NCBI GenBank assembly: GCA_030877765.1
Contig: GCA_030877765.1_4853.1
DNA: 46,671 bases
Reading direction: 5' to 3' (one strand)
Origin: a phage
The notes beneath the pieces were generated by a model, which was given only the letters and a program-made list of their open reading frames with translations, was not told the DNA's origin and did not search any database. Made by a program: the position numbers and the translations under genes. Of this stretch, positions 36,625-46,671 are shown piece by piece (the stretch's first letter is position 1; each line of letters starts with the position of its first letter).

Positions 36625-36701
36625 TGGTGGACACGGACGGATTTGAACCTTCAATCAGCCGATTATTAGTCGGTTGCTTTAACCAATTAAGCTACGCGTC
36701 C
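36625..36701 (-). tRNA. tRNA-like gene (77 nt including encoded CCA); apparent anticodon AAU
   Basis: Minus strand folds by eye: 7-bp acceptor stem with one G-U, D-arm GCTT/AAGC, anticodon stem-loop with loop CTAATAA, T-loop GGTTCAAATCC, discriminator A plus CCA. One mismatch each in anticodon and T stems. Confidence 0.55.
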
Positions 36702-37199
36702 ATAAGTGCTGGTTTAAGCATTGCCAGCGTGCTTTCTTAACATCCAGCCCCGTAACCCATACATACCCCTACATATGATTGCGATAATGCTGGATATTAA
36801 GTGTTGTGGTGGCCGGTGCTGATCTCCGGCATAAGGCGCTTATTCGGCGGCGTCGAGCTTGCTTATTCGCTTGAGCCATCCTCGTGAGTCAGCCACGTCC
36901 CACTGCGCATCAGCCTGCGCATTCACCACAACGGAAAGAGCACTGATGCGCTCACTTGGGACTCCTTAGCCATAACCCACGGGCTTCTGGTACACCAATG
37001 CTCTTACCTGTTGTGTTCCCTGACTTATTAATCACACCTCAGGGACGCAGTGCGCCGAATTTGTTTACAAGGAATCGGAAGACCTTGCTGACTTACAGGC
37101 TATTACGCCGCCATCAGAACAACATCATCGTTTGCATTTATCTTTGTGGTCAGTTTCTAAAAAGTCCGCAAAGTCGCTCACGAAAACTATCTGAAATAC

Positions 37200-37243
37200 A
37201 ATCTACACCACAAAATAATCGCTGTCAACACCTGTGATATAAT
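37200..37243. promoter_or_regulatory. Divergent promoter pair: leftward into the non-coding locus, rightward for the major tail gene
   Basis: Minus strand TTGACA (37228-37223), 17 bp, TAGATT (37205-37200); plus strand extended -10 TGaTATAAT (37235-37243). Confidence 0.6.
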
Positions 37244-37279
37244 CACCACGTTAGCAGCTAACACAATTCGGAGATCGAA

Positions 37280-37999
37280 ATGGCTATTTGTGCAAATGAT
37301 AAAGGCGTTCTGGTCGGTCGCATGACCCGACTGTTCCTTGCTGAAGGGTGCGGCGACGCAGTTCCGGATGCAGGCGACTGGAAGTATTTAGGCTCAACCA
37401 CCAGTAAAGGCGTTGACTACTCGCCGCAGACCACTACGTCGGAAGCGGATACCGCTGGCGGCTTTGTTTCTACTCTCGTTACCAGCTCTGATATGACCAT
37501 CAGTGCAGAGGTAGAAATCCGCAAGAATGACCCGAGCGATGAGTTTGGCTTCCATCGTCTTGTTGAGATTTACACCACTGAACTGAAGGCTCGCCGCCAG
37601 CCTTCCTTGTGGGTGCGTCAGGTGACTGGTGCAACTATCGTTACCGCGTATTGCAACATCACCAGCATCAGCTACGAAGGTGGCACGAACGATATCGTTA
37701 CTGGTAGCCTTGAGTTTAAGGTTTACGATTCTGACAGCGTTACCGTAGAAAGCCTTGAACCTCTGGCATTCACTACCGACCTGCAATCAACTGGCACGGC
37801 CGGAATCCCGTTAACCGTTGCTGTTGAAGGTGGCGTTGATCCTTACACTTATGTATGGCGCAAAGATGGCGCAGTTGTTGATGGTGAGTCTGGCGCATCT
37901 CTGGCAAGCCCTACCGCTGGCGTGCATACCGTCACGGTAACTGATTCATCTACCGACCCGGAAATTATCATCAGCACGGCGTGCACGGTATCCCGATAA
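37280..37999 (+). CDS. Major tail protein with C-terminal Ig-like domain
   Basis: 239 aa, GGAG RBS; Thr/Val-rich Ig-like C-terminus as in lambda V; followed by a strong terminator. Confidence 0.7.
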   Translation: MAICANDKGVLVGRMTRLFLAEGCGDAVPDAGDWKYLGSTTSKGVDYSPQTTTSEADTAGGFVSTLVTSSDMTISAEVEIRKNDPSDEFGFHRLVEIYTTELKARRQPSLWVRQVTGATIVTAYCNITSISYEGGTNDIVTGSLEFKVYDSDSVTVESLEPLAFTTDLQSTGTAGIPLTVAVEGGVDPYTYVWRKDGAVVDGESGASLASPTAGVHTVTVTDSSTDPEIIISTACTVSR

Positions 38000-38004
38000 A
38001 GAAA

Positions 38005-38030
38005 AGCCCCGAAAGGGGCTTTGTTTTATT
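38005..38030. terminator. Bidirectional terminator
   Basis: Stem agcccc/ggggct with gaaa loop, TTGTTTTATT. Confidence 0.8.
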
Positions 38031-38226
38031 CTTGTGGTGGTTCTGGCGGATTGGCCCAGTGGGTAGCTGGAATTCCGTGACAGCAGTCCAATTCACTAAC
38101 AAATATCTTGCTGCCAATATTATCGACAGCTTTACATACCGCAGTTCTAACAACACCGCGAAATGCTGTAAGAACCATCGTTCCTTCTTCTGGCATTCGC
38201 TCACTACACTTAATCCACTGGCTCAT
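38026..38226 (-). CDS. DUF551-like protein
   Basis: MSQWIKCSERMPEEGTMVL matches the DUF551 N-terminal signature. Confidence 0.55.
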   Translation of the reverse strand: MSQWIKCSERMPEEGTMVLTAFRGVVRTAVCKAVDNIGSKIFVSELDCCHGIPATHWANPPEPPQE

Positions 38227-38366
38227 ATCACCTTGTCCTCATCAAAAATCACGCCAATAACGCGAAGTAAGTCTTTCGCCATGCGTTCCGCTTCCTCGTA
38301 GTCGTAACCTGCATCAACATACAAATCAGTGTAGAAAATCAGGTCAGCTTTTGTTTGTTCGTTCAT
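38223..38366 (-). CDS. Small acidic protein (47 aa)
   Basis: ATGA overlaps at both ends with the Imm-like and DUF551-like genes. Confidence 0.3.
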   Translation of the reverse strand: MNEQTKADLIFYTDLYVDAGYDYEEAERMAKDLLRVIGVIFDEDKVI

Positions 38367-38557
38367 TTCTTGTCGCCACTGTTAACTAATGCCCAAACAA
38401 GTGCCGCAACCCATCCAATAAAGCTCCACCCGACAAGAATATTCAGTACACAGATTGCTGTCGTGTTTGTGTGCTTGCGTTGCAAAGCCACAAATGATGG
38501 AAGAAGATAAACAAATATAACCAATCCAGCAAAAAGCAACAAAATAACAACATCCAT
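38363..38557 (-). CDS. Superinfection immunity (Imm-like) small membrane protein
   Basis: Two TM helices; LPSFVALQRKHTN...LNILVGWSFIGWVAALVWAL matches the Imm superinfection-immunity family pattern. Confidence 0.6.
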   Translation of the reverse strand: MDVVILLLFAGLVIFVYLLPSFVALQRKHTNTTAICVLNILVGWSFIGWVAALVWALVNSGDKK

Positions 38558-38592
38558 AACTCACCTCATTCATATCTCGTTTCGATGATTTG

Positions 38593-38641
38593 AATCTACA
38601 TCACCACCTCGCAGGTGTCAACACTACTGAGATGATATAAT
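38593..38641. promoter_or_regulatory. Divergent promoter pair: leftward for the Imm cassette, rightward for the tail assembly genes
   Basis: Minus strand TTGACA (38621-38616), 17 bp, TAGATT (38598-38593); plus strand extended -10 TGaTATAAT (38633-38641). Confidence 0.6.
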
Positions 38642-38670
38642 CAACATCAGTCAAATTCAGGATGCAAAAC

Positions 38671-39408
38671 ATGAGCAATCGCACGCCACTAACAGAAATC
38701 GGGGAGATGCGCATCTCGCTTTCTGACAGGAGTTTTTTCTTTAAGCCATCATTCCGTGCCATGAATGAAATTGGCACGCCAAAAGAAATCGTCGAGGTAT
38801 ACGCTAAGCTCAATGGCATTGATTATATTGCGCCGTTGCAGCACGTCGAATACCTGCCATTTGGCGCGCAGATGCAGGTTATGAAGACCATCAGCAAACC
38901 TGTGTATGGTCGCCATGTACTGAGCGCAGCCTATATCGTCATGCAATCATGCTGTGAAGATGATATTTCTGTGCTGATTGGTGGATGGAAGCCAACACCG
39001 CGCGGTGTGCGATACGTGCCGGGAGTAATGCCAATTGGCGGCACTGGACATTTGCCAGGTGGAACAGGTGGAATTATTGAGATTGCCCGCTCATTAATGG
39101 AGCACGGCATTATTGGCAAATCACCACTCAAAGTGCCTGAGCGTCTGGAAGAGCAGGGTAAGAAAACCACAAATGAGTTTCATGCGTCGCAATACATCAT
39201 CTCAGCGCGCACGCATTTCGACATGACGCGTGATGAGGCCGAAAACCTGTCCATGACAGAGTTTCAGATGATGATTAAAAATAAATATCCAGAGCCGAAA
39301 GGGTTAACGAAAGAAGAGCGCGCGGCAGAGTACGATCAGGCTAAAGCAGACCGTGAGCGCATGAAGGCACTGGCTGAACGCAAAGCGAAAAAAGCGAGGA
39401 ATACATAA
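38671..39408 (+). CDS. Putative tail assembly chaperone
   Basis: Immediately upstream of the tape measure gene; AGGA RBS; Lys/Glu-rich C-terminus. Confidence 0.5.
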   Translation: MSNRTPLTEIGEMRISLSDRSFFFKPSFRAMNEIGTPKEIVEVYAKLNGIDYIAPLQHVEYLPFGAQMQVMKTISKPVYGRHVLSAAYIVMQSCCEDDISVLIGGWKPTPRGVRYVPGVMPIGGTGHLPGGTGGIIEIARSLMEHGIIGKSPLKVPERLEEQGKKTTNEFHASQYIISARTHFDMTRDEAENLSMTEFQMMIKNKYPEPKGLTKEERAAEYDQAKADRERMKALAERKAKKARNT

Positions 39409-41782
39409 TGGCTGAAGAAGTCGGCGGAATTGTCTATGAAGTCGGGATGGATGTTAAAGGCCTGAAGGCTGGCGCGACAACAGCCAATAAGACTTTAGAT
39501 GACCTTGAATCATCAACCAACAAAACCACAAGCGCCCTTGGCAAGCTGGATAAAAACGCCAGAAATGCTGGCAGCGGAATGAAAAATGCTGGCGGCGCAG
39601 CTTCAGGGCTAAAAACGCAGATGACGGCTCTTGCTGGCGCAATATCCGTGTCACTGATTATCGAATGGGGAAAGCGATTCCTTGATGTTGCCGATAACAT
39701 GACACAACTTCAGGCAAGGATTGCTCGCTTGTCAACTGATGCGAAAACCGCGAACGAAACATTCAGTACACTGGCAAATATCGCCTCGACCACTGGCGCA
39801 AGTCTCAGCGACACCACGAAGCTGTGGGAAACATTGACGTCATCACTGAAAGAGGCTGGCGCGACAAATGCGCAGGTTCTTAACCTTACTGACACTCTGC
39901 AAAAGATAGGACGAATCGGCGGGTCATCAACAGAAGAAATGGCGAACGCCCTGCGTCAGTTCGGTCAGTCAATTGCTTCTGGCACAATCCGCGCCGAAGA
40001 ATTTAACTCCATCCTTGAACAGATGCCTGAACTTGCGCGCCAGATTGCAGCTGGACTTGGCATTTCAATGGGCGAACTTCGCGCCAGAATGCTTGACGGA
40101 AAGCTGACGGCAGAAGATGCACTGAATGCCATTCAGGACAGGACAAGCATCGTCAATGCTGAGTTTGAAAAACTTCCTCGCACAATGGATCAGGCCGTTG
40201 GTTCTCTTGAAGTTTCATTCTCCAAACTTGTGGTTGCCGTTAACGATGCCACTGGCGCATCAAAAACAGTAGTAGAGATTATCGACCAGCTGGCAAAATA
40301 CATTGATTTCCTCGGCGACAAATCAACCAGCACGAGCGACAAGATTCTATCTCTCGCCACGGTTATCTCGAAGCTAAACCCAGGCGCATGGGCACAAATG
40401 GGGGTTGATGCGCTTTTCGGTGATGATGATATTGAGAAGCAAAAACAATATAACGATCAAGTCGAGCGATTCGTTAAGGCTTCAAAAGAAGGTTACGAGC
40501 AGACAAAGAAACAGGCTGAAGCAACAAAACACCTGAAGATTGCACAAGCACCAACCAAAGACAAGAAAGGCAAAGGAAAGGGCAAAAGCGCCGAAGAACG
40601 GCAAGCTGAGTCAGTTGCTGAAAAGCTGGAGAAATTACGCCAGCAAACCATGCTTAATGCCACATCTACCAGCGAACTCTCCCGCGATCAAGCCATCCTC
40701 AACGCGCAGCAATCGCTTGGCAAGGCTGCCACTCAGGAACAAATAAAACTGGCTGGCGAGTACGCTGCGAAGATTTGGGACCAGAGAAACGCGCTGAAGG
40801 AGCAGGCAGCAGCTGAGAAAGAAAAGCAGCGCGTAGAAAAATCATATCAGGGGTTGCGCGCCATTGCGTCACCAACATCTGGCATTGATAGTGAATACCA
40901 GCAACGCATGGCTGACCTTGACGCCTACGCCGCAGCATATCCACAAAAAATCACGGAGATTGAGCAGACTCGCGCAGCAATTGAGGCACAGTACCGCCAG
41001 CAGAGAATGGACGCCATGTGGGCTGAATGGCAGCAGCAAAGCCTCGGGGCGCAATTGTTCGGCACGGCGCTTGATTCAGCGATGAGTACAGCATCAAACA
41101 GCATCACTGGATTGCTCACAGGCACAATGAGCGTTCAGGATGCAATGCGCAGCCTCGGCTCTACGGTGCTGAATTCTCTGGTAAACAGCTTTGTTGAAAT
41201 GGGCGTTCAGTGGGTTAAATCCGCCGTTATGGGGCAGACTGCGCAGGTTGCGGCAACAGCTACCACCACAGCGGCGCAAACGGCAGGACTCGCAACCACA
41301 ACAGCAGCATCAACTGCAGCGGCAGCAACCACTACCGCAGCATGGACTCCAGCGGCAATCGTAGCATCAATCGGTTCATTCGGCGGGGCGGCTGCAATTG
41401 GTGTAGGTGCTGTTCTCGGGGCACTGGCAATGGGTATCGCTGGCAAGCGAAAAAATGGCGGCTCAGTTAGCGCCGGAAGTATGTACGAAGTGGGCGAAAA
41501 TGGCTTGCCTGAAATATTCCAGGCGTCCAACGGTCGCCAGTATATGATTCCCGGCAACGATGGCTCAGTTATCAGCAACAAAGACATTACCGGAAGTGGC
41601 AGTGGCGTTGTGGTTTATAATAACGTGATAAATAACAGCTCTGCTCAGGTTAGCAGCAGTGCCAGAGATAATGGTGATGGCAGTGTGACGATTGAGACTA
41701 TCGTTAGTGATATCGAAAACAACGGCCCTATCGGGCAAAGCATTGGAAGAAACTACTCAGCAAGCCGGAGGGCAACTGAATA

Positions 41783-41783
<1 letters not shown>
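39408..41783 (+). CDS. Tail tape measure protein
   Basis: 791 aa, long Ala/Gln/Glu-rich helical regions, Thr/Ala-rich segment, Gly-rich putative TM segment. Confidence 0.9.
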
Positions 41784-45587
<3,804 letters not shown>

Positions 45588-45626
45588 TACAATATACATC
45601 AAATTCACAAAGGAGCATTTATTATA

Positions 45627-46671
45627 ATGGCTACCACACCAACCAATAAACCAATTCCGTCAGAAGACCCGCGCGACCTGAAGTTTAATGCTGGTAAAAT
45701 TGACGAAGTTGTCAACTCTGACAATCACTACTACACCGATCGCTTTGGTCATCGCCGCTTTACAATTGCAGGATTCCAACACACCGCAGAAGAAGCAATT
45801 CGTAACTATGGCTACATCACAATGGATAGCTTCGAGGATGGCGCGACGCTGACGTTACCGAATCAGGTTTTGCGCTATGAAGCTACTGGAGAATATTACC
45901 GCTGGGATGGTGAATTCCCTAAAACAGTCGCTTCTGGTTCAGCTCCTGCATCCGCTGGCGGTGTTGGAATTGGGAAATGGTTGAGTGTTGGTGATGCAGC
46001 CCTGCGCAGCCAGATTTCAGACCCGGATGGTGCGTCCAGTTACCCTGAATTGCAGATGGCAAGATGGCGTGATGAGGGTGATGTTCGAGGCTGGGGTGCT
46101 AAAGGGGATGGTGTAACGGATAGTACGGAGAATATAGCTGCTTCACTAAATTCTCAAAAAGCTGTCGTAGCATCAGACGGTGTATTCTCTAGTTCTGGTA
46201 TTAATAGTAATTACTGTAACTTAGACGGTAGAGGCAGTGGTGTACTAAGTCACCGTTCAAGTACAGGTAACTACTTAGTATTTAACAATCTACGCTCAGG
46301 TCGCTTAAGTAATATTACGGTAGAAAGTAATAAGGCGACCGATACCACTCAAGGGCAGCAGGTATCTCTTGCTGGTGGTAGTGATGTTACTATAAGTGAT
46401 GTTAATTTCTCAAACGTTAAGGGCATTGGTTTCAGTTTAATCACATACCCTAATAATGCACCCTCTGATGGGCTTATGATTAAAGGCATTCGAGGTAGCT
46501 ACTCCGGCTATGCTACTAATAAGGCGGCTGGATGCATACTTGCTGATTCCTCGGTTAACTCCCTCATAAATAACGTCATTGCTAAGCACTACCCTCAGTT
46601 CGGGGCTGTAGAACTGAAAGGTACAGCCAGTTATAACATAGTCAGCAATGTTATAGGGGCAGACTGCCAGC
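45627..46671 (+). CDS. Tailspike/tail fibre, 5' portion (3'-truncated at window edge) with right-handed beta-helix repeats
   Basis: ATG 45627 with AGGAG RBS; frame open to the window end; Asn/Ser/Gly-rich repeats typical of tailspike beta-helix. Confidence 0.7.
   Translation, partial: MATTPTNKPIPSEDPRDLKFNAGKIDEVVNSDNHYYTDRFGHRRFTIAGFQHTAEEAIRNYGYITMDSFEDGATLTLPNQVLRYEATGEYYRWDGEFPKTVASGSAPASAGGVGIGKWLSVGDAALRSQISDPDGASSYPELQMARWRDEGDVRGWGAKGDGVTDSTENIAASLNSQKAVVASDGVFSSSGINSNYCNLDGRGSGVLSHRSSTGNYLVFNNLRSGRLSNITVESNKATDTTQGQQVSLAGGSDVTISDVNFSNVKGIGFSLITYPNNAPSDGLMIKGIRGSYSGYATNKAAGCILADSSVNSLINNVIAKHYPQFGAVELKGTASYNIVSNVIGADCQ

Noticed and set aside
36956-37237. ORF 36956-37237 (+), 93 aa, in the non-coding gap
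   Set aside because: No RBS, composition unlike neighbouring genes, and it overlaps the promoter pair; the region is better explained as non-coding RNA.
39434-41587. Several minus-strand ORFs inside the tape measure gene (for example 39434-39700, 40699-40944, 41207-41587)
   Set aside because: Antisense to a well-supported long CDS; Ala/Val-rich translations are the mirror of the Ala-rich tape measure codons.

Overview
This 46.7 kb window looks like an almost complete genome of a tailed dsDNA phage with a lambda/T1-like siphovirus head-tail module. No integrase or repressor was recognised, so it is probably virulent. Everything below is read by eye from the sequence and the ORF track; no searches or folding were run. 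Order: 3' end of a tail fibre gene with a C-terminal intramolecular-chaperone domain; a leftward replication/recombination operon (SSB, RecA-like ATPase, PD-(D/E)XK nuclease, VRR-NUC, SF2 helicase, zinc-finger primase on the opposite strand, large P-loop protein); an iteron-rich, AT-rich control region; rightward early genes; HNH, small and large terminase; portal and head morphogenesis; lysis cassette (lambda R-type endolysin, holin-like protein, Rz/Rz1); scaffold, decoration and major capsid; head-tail joining genes, major tail, tape measure, minor tail, J-like tip; and the 5' part of a beta-helix tailspike. The backbone is interrupted by at least five leftward accessory cassettes, each with its own sigma70-like promoter and a bidirectional terminator. 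Most notable: a truncated host-like DnaN beta-clamp fragment sharing a cassette with a ParB-like nuclease; a promoter-driven ~0.5 kb non-coding locus ending in a tRNA-like gene; four paralogous HNH-AP2 homing endonucleases; a lysozyme remnant lacking its catalytic core; and Lar-like and Imm-like genes.
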